A DNA stretch of 64,000 nucleotides, from contig CBDBCZ010000009.1 of NCBI GenBank assembly GCA_965203295.1, forward strand, positions 1-64,000. Direction: 5' to 3'. This document shows, one piece after another, positions 1 to 15,384 of this stretch; position 1 is the first letter of the stretch, and every line of letters starts with the position of its first letter. Source of the stretch: Nitrospirales bacterium (GTDB lineage: Bacteria; Nitrospirota; Nitrospiria; Nitrospirales; UBA8639). The position numbers and the translations under genes are program-made. The notes under the pieces are model-generated. The model saw only the letters and a program-made list of their open reading frames with translations, was not told where the DNA came from and searched no databases.

Positions 1-2933
<2,933 letters not shown>

Positions 2934-3147
2934 CGAAGTGCGAAGGGTCAGTACTATCGATCGAAGGCCCCGCCCACTTTCGGTAATTTACGCGCTTGGC
3001 GCTAGCGCGTCCGAATATACCTGGTGGCCGATCATCAGTGGCTTACTCTACCACTTTTCATCCCACTAGCACCATGTGTCTTTCTACAGCTACGATCGCT
3101 TCCTATAGACTGTCATGAAGGCACATATTTGTAGTAGAAGACTCAGA

Positions 3148-3493
3148 TCTATTCTTGCTGAGCATGCAATGGTGAAGCACCACAGCATTACATAGAATGA
3201 GGTGGATGTTACGGATTCCAACCCTGGCCTTAGCCAATGATGTACCATTCAGGTATGGCACATCCAATCATAGCACCATCCCATCAACAAGGAACTTGGT
3301 CTTATCCATCAGGCCTACAATTCACTAATCCAGCCTCCCCGCTGTACCTGACTCTATTCCCTGTTTTTGTTTCAGTCCTCATTACCCTCCTATCCTAATT
3401 ATTCGCTCGTTTTTATTTATTCACTACTTTCCCTTGTTTCAAGCAGTACTTTTGTAACACCTCATTCTACCCCTGATGTTGACAGCTGTATAG
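3148..3493 (+). pseudogene. Penelope-like element 3' fragment inside satellite module A (first of ~17 copies)
   Basis: Translates as SILAEHAMVKHHSIT*NEVDVTDSNPGLSQ*CTIQVWHIQS*HHPINKELGLIHQAYNSLI. This resembles the PLE GIY-YIG C-terminus (SALAEH..H.I.W..V.D..R..E.WHI..N++.G..YN.LI). It ends in a CTGATG(A/T)TGAC hammerhead half. Confidence 0.75.
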
Positions 3494-6400
3494 TAATCTT
3501 GTACCAGAGATAGATAATACTGTGGGAATTGCACAGTGGTGCTTAAGTGCCACTTTTTATCCTGTTAGCACCATGTGTCTTTCGCTGGCTATTTTCGCAT
3601 TCTAGACTGTCATTAATGCACATACTTGTAGTAGATGACTCGGATCTTTGAACTTTTGCACGTTGCAACTTGAAGAAGGAATCTACACTTCTCATTAGGT
3701 GACACCATTTGTCGAGGGGGTGGGTGGGGAGCACCGGAGACTGTATGCACTCTCCACATATAGTCTAATTACGTATGCCAGTATCCAAATTAAAAATTCA
3801 TTTTGCTAGTTCTTAGCTGGTCTTAGTATTGATGCTGTAACAATCTTAAGAACTTTGCATTCATGAGTGTTATTTTGAGCAGGTGAGAATAGAGTGGTCC
3901 TGACAGCGCTAGTTCTCCAGGCTTTGAGATGCCCTCTGACCTTTAATGAATTTACAAGGTGAGCAGAGAAGATACCTTGCTAGCAAGTCATCTAAACCTG
4001 TATCACAGATAGCTGCTATTGTGGAGAGGTCTTAAATACATATATGTCTCAGAATTTTCACTTGTACTTTGGAGAATTCACAATGGTGCTAAGTGCCACT
4101 TTTCAGCCCTTTAGCACCGTGTGTTTTTTGCTGGGTATTTTTATTTCCTAGATTGACATGAATGCACTAATTTGCCGTCGTTTATGCAGATCTTTCTTGC
4201 TAGCAAGATTTCTTAACCTGTATCAGTGATAGCTACTATTGTGGAGAGGCCTTGCATATATGTATGGCTGAGAATTTTCATTTGCTGTTTGGAGAATGCA
4301 CAATGGTATTAGATGACTCAGATCTATCCTTGCTGAGCATGCAATGGTGAAGCACCACGGCATTACATGGAGTGAGGTGGATGTTACGGATTCCAACCCT
4401 GGTCTTAGCCAATGATGTATCATTCGGGTATGGCACATCCAATCATAGCACCATCCCATCAACAAGGAACTTGGTCTTGTCCATCAGCCCTACAATTCAC
4501 TAATCTTGCCTTCCCGCTGTACCTGACTCTATTCCCTGTTTGTTTCAGTCCTCTTTTCCCTCCTATCCTAATTATTCACTCATTTTTAATTATTCACCAC
4601 TTTGCCTTGTTTCAAACAGTACTTTAGTAACACCTCACTCTATCCCTGATGATGACCACTGTATAGTAATCTTCTACCAGAGAGTGATATTACTGTCGAA
4701 ATTGCACAATGGTGCTTAAGTGCAACTTTTTATCCCATTAGCACCATGTGTCTTTCGCTGGCTATTTTCGCCTCCTAGACTTTCTTTAATGCACATACTT
4801 GTAGTAGATGACTAGAATCTTTGAAATTTGGTACGTTGCAACTTGAAAAAGGGATTTACACTTCCCATTAGGTGATACCACTTGTCGAGGAAGTGGGTGG
4901 GGAGCACTCGAAAACTGTATGTACTCTCCACATATAGTCTAATTACGTACACCAGTATTCCAATTAAAAATTCATTTTACTAGTTTATAGCTGGTCTTAG
5001 TAATGAGGCTGTAACAGTCCTAAGAACTGTGCTTGAGTGTTATTTTGAGCATGTGCTGATGGGGTGTTCCTGACGGTGCTAGCTAACCAGAGTTTGAGGT
5101 GCCTTCTGACCTTTGATGAGATTTCAAGACGAGCAGAGAAGATATTTTCCTAGCAAGTCTTCTAAACCTGTATCACAGTTAGCTACTATTGTGGAGAGGT
5201 CTTAAATGCATTTAGGTCAGACAGTTTTCACTCGCCCTTTAGAGAATTTACAATGGTGCTTAAAGTGCCACTTTCCATCCCATTACATGTACATGTAGCA
5301 CCATGTGTCTTTTGCGGGCTATTTTTGTATCTTAGATCTCATGAACGCACATACTTGTGGTAGATGACTCAGATCTTTGAATCTTTGTACGTTGCAACTT
5401 GAAGAAGGGATCCACACTTCCTTATAGTGACACATTTGTGGGGCGGGGAGGGAGAGAGCACCCGAAGACTGTATGCACTCTCCACATAGAATTAACTATA
5501 CCAGTATCCAAACTAAAAATTCATCATACTAGTTCTTGGCTGGTCTTAGTAATAAGGCTGTAAGAATCCTAAGAACTGTGCTTGAGTGTTGTTATCTTGA
5601 GCATGTACTGATGGGGTGTTCCTGACAGTGCTAGTTCTCCAGCGTTTGAGATGCCCTCTGACCTTTGGTGACATTTCAAGTTGAGCAGAGAAGATACCTT
5701 GCTAGCAAGTCTTCAAAACCTGTATCACAGATACGTAGCTACTATTGTAGAGAGGTCTTAAATGCATTTATGTCAGAGAATTTTCAGTTGCCCTTTGGAG
5801 AATTCACAATGGTGCTTAAGTGCCACTTTTCAGCCCTTTAGCACCATATGTCTTTCGCTGGGTATTTTTATTTTCTAGATTGACATGAATGCACTAACTT
5901 GTAGTCGATTATGCAGATCTTTCTTGCTAGCAAATTATCTTAACCTGTATCAGAAATAGCTACTATTGTGGAGAGGCCTTGCATATATGTATGGCTGAGG
6001 ATTTTCACTTGTTGTTTGGAGAATGCGCAATGGTGCTTAAAGTGCCACTTTTCATCCCACTAGCACCATGTGTGTTTTTACGGCTATGTTCGCCTCCTAG
6101 ACTGTCATGAAGGCACATATTTGTATTAGATGACTCATATCTATCCATGCTGAGCATGCAATGGTGAAGCACCAATTGACGTGGATGTTACGGATTCCAA
6201 CCCTGGCCTTAGCCAATGATGTACCATTCGAGAATGGCACATCCAATCATAGAACCATCCCATCAACAAGGAACTTGGTGTTGTCCATCAGGCCTACAAT
6301 TCACTAATCCAGCCTCCCCGCTGTACCTGACTCTATTTCCTGTTTTGTTTCAGTCCTCATTTCCCTCCTATCCTAATTATTCGCTCGTTTTTATTTATTC

Positions 6401-7560
6401 ACTACTTTCCCTTGTTTCAGCAGTGCTTTTGTAACACCTCACTCTACCCCTGATGTTGACAGCTGTATAGTAATCTTGTACCAGAGATAGATAATACTGT
6501 GGGAATTGCACAGTGGTGCTTAAGTGCCACTTTTTATCCCGTTAGCACCATGTGTCTTTCGCTGGCTATTTTCGCATTCTAGACTGTCATTAATGCACAT
6601 ACTTGTAGTAGATGACTCGGATCTTTGAACTTTTGTACGTTGCAACTTGAAGAAGGAATTTACACTTCTCATTAGGTGACACCATTTGTCGAGGGGGTGG
6701 GTGGGGAGCACCGGAGACTGTATGCACTCTCCACATATAGTCTAATTACGTATGCCAGTATCCAAATTAAAAATTCATTTTGCTAGTTCTTAGCTGGTCT
6801 TAGTATTGATGCTGTAACAATCTTAAGAACTTTGCATGAGTGTTATTTTGAGCAGGTGAGAATAGAGTGGTCCTGACAGCGCTAGTTCTCCAGGCTTTGA
6901 GATGCCCTCTGACCTTTAATGAATTTACAAGGTGAGCAGAGAAGATACCTTGCTAGCAAGTCATCTAAACCTGTATCACAGATAGCTGCTATTGTGGAGA
7001 GGTCTTAAATACATATATGTCTCAGAATTTTCACTTGTACTTTGGAGAATTCACAATGGTGCTAAGTGCCACTTTTAAGCCCTTTAGCACCATGTTTTTA
7101 TTCGCTGGGTATTTTTATTTCCTAGATTGACATATGCACTACTTTGTAGTCGATCTTTCTTTCTAGCAAGTCATCTAAACCTGTATCACAGATAGCTACT
7201 ATTGTGGAGAGGTCTTAAATGCATTTATGTCTGAGAATATTCACTTGCTCTTTGGAAAATTCACAATGGTGCTTAAGTGCCACTTTTCAGCCCTTGAACA
7301 CCATGTGTCTTTCGCTGGGTATTTTTATTTCCTAGATTGACATGAATGCACTAATTTGCAGTCGTTTATGCAGATCTTTCTTGCTAGCAAGATTTCTTAA
7401 CCTGTATCAGTGATAGCTACTATTGTGGAGAGGCCTTGCATATATGTATGGCTGAGAATTTTCACTTGCTGTTTGGAGAATGCACAATGGTATTAGATGA
7501 CTCAGATCTATCCTTGCTGAGCATGCAATGGTGAAGCACCACGGCATTACATGGAGTGAA

Positions 7561-10500
7561 GTGGATGTTACGGATTCCAACCCTGGTCTTAGCCAATGAT
7601 GTATCATTCGGGTATGGCACATCCAATCATAGCACCATCCCATCAACAAGGAACTTGGTCTTGTCCATCAGCCCTACAATTCACTAATATTGCCTTCCCG
7701 CTGTACCTGACTCTATTCCCTGTTTTGTTTCAGTCCTCTTTTCCCTCCTATCCTAATTATTCACTCATTTTTAATTATTCACCACTTTGCCTTGTTTCAA
7801 ACAGTACTTTAGTAACACCTCACTCTATCCCTGATGATGACCACTGTATAGTAATCTTCTACCAGAGAGTGATATTACTGTCGAAATTGCACAATGGTGC
7901 TTAAGTGCAACTTTTTATCCCATTAGCACCATGTGTCTTTCGCTGGCTATTTTCGCCTCCTAGACTGTCTATAATGCACATACTTGTAGTAGATGACTAG
8001 GATCTTTGAAATTTGGTACGTTGCAACTTGAAAAAGGGATTTACACTTCCCATTAGGTGATACCACTTGTCGAGGAAGTGGGTGGGGAGCACTCGAAAAC
8101 TGTATGTACTCTCCACATATAGTCTAATTACGTACACCAGTATTCCAATTAAAAATTCATTTTACTAGTTTATAGCTGGTCTTAGTAATGAGGCTCTAAC
8201 AGTCCTAAGAACTGTGCTTGAGTGTTATCTTGAGCATGTGCTGATGGGGTGTTCCTGACGGTGCTAGCTAACCAGAGTTTGAGATGCCTTCTGACCTTTG
8301 ATGAGATTTCAAGACGAGCAGTGAAGATATCTTCCTAGCAAGTCTTCTAAACCTGTATCACAGTTAGCTACTATTGTGGAGAGGTCTTAAATGCATTTAG
8401 GTCAGACAGTTTTCACTCGCCCTTTAGAGAATTTACAATGGTGCTTAAAGTGCCACTTTTCATCCCATTACATGTACATGTAGCACCATGTGTCTTTTGC
8501 GGGCTATTTTTGTATCTTAGATCTCATGAACGCACATACTTGTGGTAGATGACTCAGATCTTTGAATCTTTGTACGTTGCAACTTGAAGAAGGGATCCAC
8601 ACTTCCTTATAGTGACACATTTGTGGGGCGGGGAGGGAGAGAGCACCCGAAGACTGTACGCACTCTCCACATAGAATTAACTATACCAGTATCCAAACTA
8701 AAAATTCATCATACTAGTTCTTGGCTGGTCTTAGTAATAAGGCTGTAAGAATCCTAAGAACTGTGCTTGAGTGTTGTTATCTTGAGCATGTACGGATGGG
8801 GTGTTCCTGACAGCGCTAGTTCTCCAGGGTTTGAGATGCCCTCTGACCTTTGGTGACATTTCAAGTTGAGCAGAGAAGATACCTTGCTAGCAAGTCATCT
8901 AAACCTGTATCACAGATAGCTACTATTGTAGAGAGGTCTTAAATGCATTTATGTCAGAGAATTTTCACTTGCTCTTTGGAGAATTCACAATGGTGCTTAA
9001 GTGCCACTTTTCAGCCCTTTAGCACCATGTGTCTTTCGCTGGGTATTTTTATTTTCTAGATTGACATGAATGCACTAACTTGTAGTCGATTATGCAGATC
9101 TTTCTTGCTAGCAAATTATCTTAACCTGTATCAGAAATAGCTACTATTGTGGAGAGGCCTTGCATATATGTATGGCTGAGGATTTTCACTTGTTGTTTGG
9201 AGAATGCGCAATGGTGCTTAAAGTGCCACTTTTCATCCCACTAGCACCATGTGTGTTTTTACGGCTATGTTCGCCTCCTAGACTGTCATGAAGGCACATA
9301 TTTGTATTAGATGACTCATATCTATCCATGCTGAGCATGCAATGGTGAAGCACCAATTGACGTGGATGTTACGGATTCCAACCCTGGTCTTAGCCAATGA
9401 TGTATCATTCGGGTATGGCACATCCAATCATAGCACCATCCCATCAACAAGGAACTTGGTCTTGTCCATCAGCCCTACAATTCACTAATATTGCCTTCCC
9501 GCTGTACCTGACTCTATTCCCTGTTTTGTTTCAGTCCTCTTTTCCCTCCTATCCTAATTATTCACTCATTTTTAATTATTCACCACTTTGCCTTGTTTCA
9601 AACAGTACTTTAGTAACACCTCACTCTATCCCTGATGATGACCACTGTATAGTAATCTTCTACCAGAGAGTGATATTACTGTCGAAATTGCACAATGGTG
9701 CTTAAGTGCAACTTTTTATCCCATTAGCACCATGTGTCTTTCGCTGGCTATTTTCGCCTCCTAGACTGTCTATAATGCACATACTTGTAGTAGATGACTA
9801 GGATCTTTGAAATTTGGTACGTTGCAACTTGAAAAAGGGATTTACACTTCCCATTAGGTGATACCACTTGTCGAGGAAGTGGGTGGGGAGCACTCGAAAA
9901 CTGTATGTACTCTCCACATATAGTCTAATTACGTACACCAGTATTCCAATTAAAAATTCATTTTACTAGTTTATAGCTGGTCTCAGTAATGAGGCTGTAA
10001 CAGTCCTTAGAACTGTGCTTTAGTGTTATCTTGGGCATGTGCTGATGGGGTGTTCCTGACGGTGCTAGCTAACCAGAGTTTGAGATGCCTTCTGACCTTT
10101 GATGAGATTTCAAGACGAGCAGTGAAGATATCTTCCTAGCAAGTCTTCTAAACCTGTATCACAGTTAGCTACTATTGTGGAGAGGTCTTAAATGCATTTA
10201 GGTCAGACAGTTTTCACTCGCCCTTTAGAGAATTTACAATGGTGCTTAAAGTGCCACTTTTCATCCCATTACATGTACATGTAGCACCATGTGTCTTTTG
10301 CGGGCTATTTTTGTATCTTAGATCTCATGAACGCACATACTTGTGGTAGATGACTCAGATCTTTGAATCTTTGTACGTTGCAACTTGAAGAAGGGATCCA
10401 CACTTCCTTATAGTGACACATTTGTGGGGCGGGGAGGGAGAGAGCACCCGAAGACTGTACGCACTCTCCACATAGAATTAACTATACCAGTATCCAAACT

Positions 10501-11162
10501 AAAAATTCATCATACTAGTTCTTGGCTGGTCTTAGTAATAAGGCTGTAAGAATCCTAAGAACTGTGCTTGAGTGTTGTTATCTTGAGCATGTACGGATGG
10601 GGTGTTCCTGACAGCGCTAGTTCTCCAGGGTTTGAGATGCCCTCTGACCTTTGGTGACATTTCAAGTTGAGCAGAGAAGATACCTTGCTAGCAAGTCATC
10701 TAAACCTGTATCACAGATAGCTACTATTGTAGAGAGGTCTTAAATGCATTTATGTCAGAGAATTTTCACTTGCTCTTTGGAGAATTCACAATGGTGCTTA
10801 AGTGCCACTTTTCAGCCCTTTAGCACCATGTGTCTTTCGCTGGGTATTTTTATTTTCTAGATTGACATGAATGCACTAACTTGTAGTCGATTATGCAGAT
10901 CTTTCTTGCTAGCAAATTATCTTAACCTGTATCAGAAATAGCTACTATTGTGGAGAGGCCTTGCATATATGTATGGCTGAGGATTTTCACTTGTTGTTTG
11001 GAGAATGCGCAATGGTGCTTAAAGTGCCACTTTTCATCCCACTAGCACCATGTGTGTTTTTACGGCTATGTTCGCCTCCTAGACTGTCATGAAGGCACAT
11101 ATTTGTATTAGATGACTCATATCTATCCATGCTGAGCATGCAATGGTGAAGCACCAATTGAC
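7561..11162 (+). repeat. Recent near-identical tandem duplication of a 1801-bp higher-order unit
   Basis: Identical 102-aa ORFs at 7596 and 9397 (offset 1801); cores at ~9209 and ~11010 have the same offset. Confidence 0.9.
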
Positions 11163-14100
11163 GTGGATGTTACGGATTCCAACCCTGGCCTTAGCCAATG
11201 ATGTACCATTCGAGTATATGGCACATCCAATCATAGAACCATCCCATCAATAAGGAACTTGGTGTTGTCCATCAGGCCTACAATTCACTAATCCAGCCTT
11301 TCCGCTGTACCTGACTCTATTTCCTGTTTTGTTTCAGTCCTCATTTCCCTCCTATCCTAATTATTCGCTCGTTTTTATTTATTCACTACTTTCCCTTGTT
11401 TCAAGCAGTGCTTTTGTAACACCTCACTCTACCCCTGATGTTGACAGCTGTATAGTAATCTTGTACCAGAGATAGATAATACTGTGGAAATTGCACAGTG
11501 GTGCTTAAGTGCCACTTTTTATCCCGTTAGCACCATGTGTCTTTCGCTGGCTATTTTCGCATTCTAGACTGTCATTAATGCACATACTTGTAGTACATGT
11601 AGATGACTCGGATCTTAGAACTTTTGTACGTTGCAACTTGAAGAAGGAATTTACACTTCTCATTAGGTGACACCATTTGTCGAGGGGGTGGGTGGGGAGC
11701 ACCCGGATATTGTAAGCACTCTCCACATATAGTCAAATTACATATGCAAGTATCCAAATTAAAAATCCATTTCTCTTTCTTAGCTGGTCTTAGTATTGAT
11801 GCTGTAACAATCTTAAGAACTTTGCATGAGTGTTATTTTGAGCAGGTGAGAATAGAGTGGTCCTGACAGAGCTAGTTCTCCAGGGTTTGAGATGCCCTCT
11901 GACCTTTAATGAATTTACAAGGTGAGCAGAGAAGATACCTTGCTAGCAAGTCATCTAAACCTGTATCACAGATAGCTACTATTGTGGAGGGGTCTTAAAT
12001 GCATTTATGTCTGAGAATATTCACTTGCTCTTTGGAGAATTTACAATGGTGCTTAAGTGCCACTTTTCAGCCCTTGAGCACCATGTGTCTTTCGCTGGGT
12101 ATTTTATTTCCTAGATTGACATGAATGCACTAATTTGCAGTCGTTTATGCAGATCTTTCTTGCTAGCAAGATTTCTTAACCTGTATCAGAGATAGCTACT
12201 ATTGTGGAGAGGCCTTGCATATATGTATGGCTGAGAATTTTCACTTGCTGTTTGGAGAATGCACAATGGTGCTTAAAGTGCCACTTTTCATCCCACTAGC
12301 ACCATGTGTGTTTCTACAGCTATGTTTGCTACCTAAACTCATGAAGGCACATATTTGTATTAGATGACTCAGATCTATTCTTGCTGAGCATGCAATGGTG
12401 AAGCACCACAGCATTACATAGAATGAGGTGGATGTTACGGATTCCAACCCTGGCCTTAGCCAATGATGTATCATTCGGGTATGGCACATCCAATCATAGC
12501 ACCATCCCATCAACAAGGAACTTGGTCTTGTCCATCAGGCCTACAATTCACTAATCCAGCCTCCCCGCTGTACCTGACTCTATTCCCTGTTTTGTTTCAG
12601 TCCTCATTTCCCTCCTATCCTAATTATTCGCTCGTTTTTATTTATTCACTACTTTCCCTTGTTTCAAGCAGTACTTTTGTAACACCTCACTCTCCCCCTG
12701 ATGTTGATAGCTGTATAGTAATCTTGTACCAGAGATAGATAATACTGTGGGAATTGCACAGTGGTGCTTAAGTGCCACTTTTTATCCCGTTAGCACCATG
12801 TGTCTTTCGCTGGCTATTTTCGCATTCTAGACTGTCATTAATGCACATACTTGTAGTAGATGACTCGGATCTTTGAACTTTTGTACGTTGCAACTTAAAG
12901 AAGGAATTTACACTTCTCATTAGGTGACACCATTTGTCGAGGGGGTTGGGTGGGGAGCACCGGAGACTGTATGCACTCCCCACATATAGTCTAATTACGT
13001 ATGCCAGTATCCAAATTAAAAATCCATTTTGCTAGTTCTTAGCTGGTCTTAGTATTGAGGCTGTAACAATCCTAAGAACTTTGCATGAGTGTTATTTTGA
13101 GCAGGTGAGGATAGAGTGGTCCTGACAGCGCTAGTTCTCCAGGGTTTGATATGCCCTCTGACCTTTAATGAATTTACAAGGTGAGCAGAGAAGATACCTT
13201 GCTAGCAAGTCATCTAAACCTGTATCACAGATAGCTGCTATTGTGGAGAGGTCTTAAATGCATTTATGTCTGAGAATTTTCACTTGCCTTTGGAGAATTC
13301 ACAAAAGTGCTCAAGTGCCACTTTTCAGCCCTTTAGCACCATGTGTTTTTCACTGGGTATTTTTATTTCCTAGATTGACATGAATGCACCAATTTGTAGT
13401 CCATTTTTCTTGCTAGCAAGTCATCTAAACCTGTATCACAGATAGCTACTATTGTGGAGAGGTCTTAGATGCATTTATGTCTGAGAATTTTCACTTGCTC
13501 TTTGGAGAATTTACAAAGGTGCTTAAGTGCCACTTTTCAGCCCTTGAGCACCATGTGTCTTTCGCTGGGTATTTTTATTTCCTAGATTGACATGAATGCA
13601 CTAATTTGCAGTTGTCTATGCAGATCTTTCTTGCTAGCAAGATTTCATAACCTTTACCAGAGATAGCTACTATTGTGGAGAGGCCTTGCATATATGTATG
13701 GCTGAGAATTTTCACTTGCTGTTTGGAGAATGCACAATGGTGCTTAAAGTGCCACTTTTCATCCCACTAGCACCATGTGTCTTTCTACAGCTATGTTTGC
13801 TACCTAAACTCATGAAGGCACATATTTGTATTAGATGACTCAGATCTATCCTTGCTGAGCATGCAATGGTGAAGCACCACGGCATTACATGGAGTGAGGT
13901 GGATGTTACGGATTCCAACCCTGGTCTTAGCCAATGATGTACCACTCGGGTATGGCACATCCAATCATAGCACCATCCCATCAACAAGGAACTTGGTCTT
14001 GTCCATCAGCCCTACAATTCACTAATCTTGCCTCCCCGCTGTACCTGACTCTATTCCCTGTTTTGTTTCAGTCCTCTTTTCCCTCCTATCCTAATTATTC

Positions 14101-15384
14101 CCTCGTTTTTAATTATTCACCACTTTGCCTTGTTTCAAGCAGTACTTTAGTAACACCTCACTCTATCCTTGATGATGACTAATGTATAGTAATCTTCTAC
14201 CAGAGAGAGATATTACTGTGGAAATTGCACAATGGTGCTTAAGTGCAACTTTTTATCCCATTAGCACCATGTGTCTTTCGCTGGCTATTTTCGCCTCCTA
14301 GACTTTCTTTAATGCACATACTTGTAGTAGATGACTGGGATCTTTGAAATTTTATACGTTGCAACTTGAAAAAGGGATTTACACTTCCCATTAGGTGATA
14401 CCACTTGTCGAGGAAGTGGGTGGGGAGCACTCGAAAACTGTATGTACTCTCCACATATAGTCTAATTACGCGTACACCAGTATTCCAATTAAAAATTCAT
14501 TTTACTAGTTTATAGCTGGTCTTAGTAATGAGGCTGTAACAGTCCTAAGAACTGTGCTTGAGTGTTATCTTGGGCATGTGCTGATGGCCCATGGGGTGTT
14601 CCTGACTGTGCTAGTTAACCAGAGTTTGAGATGCCCTCTGACCTTAAATGAATTTACAAGGTGAGCAGAGAAGATACCTTGCTAGCAAGTCATCTAAACC
14701 TGTATCACAGATAGCTGCTATTGTGGAGAGGTCTTAAATGCATTTATGTCTGAGAATTTTTACTTGCTCTTTGGAGAATTCACAATGGTGCTTAAGTGCC
14801 ACTTTTCAGCCCTTTAGCACCATGTGTCTTTCACTGGGTATTTTTACTTCCTAGATTGACATGAATGCACTAATTTGTAGTCGATTTTTCTTGCTAGTAA
14901 GTCATCTAAACCTGTATCACAGATATATAGCTACTATTGTGGAGAGGTCTTAAAAGTATTTATGTCTGAGAATTTTCACTTGCTGTTTGGAGAAATCACA
15001 ATGGTGCTTAAGTGCCACTTTTCATACCATTAGCACCATGTGTCTTTCTACAGCTATGTTCGCTACCTAGACTGTCATTAAGGCGCATATTTGTATTAGA
15101 TGACTCAGATCTATCCTTGCTGAGCATGCAATGGTGAAGCACCACCACATTACATGGAGTGAAGTGGATGTTATGGATTCCAACCCTGGCCTTAGCCAAT
15201 GATGTACCATTTGTTTATGATACATCAAATCATAGCACCATCCCATTAACAAGGAACTTGGTCTTGTCCATCAGGCCTACAATTTACTAATCCAGCCTCC
15301 CCGATGTACCTAACTCTATTTCCTGTTTTTTTCAGTCCTCATTTCCCTCCTATCTTAATTATTCACTCGTTTTTAATTATTCAC

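Noticed and set aside
3532..3538. RSS/Transib heptamer CACAGTG/CACAATG at the core start
   Set aside because: No nonamer at 12/23 spacing, and no RAG/Transib sequence in the window.
4646..4711. Reconstituted full hammerhead in some A modules (CTGATGA-T-GAC...GTC-GAAA; also ~7831 and ~9632)
   Set aside because: The implied cleavage triplet is AUG (violates NUH), stem I does not pair, and most copies read GTGG(A/G)AA instead.
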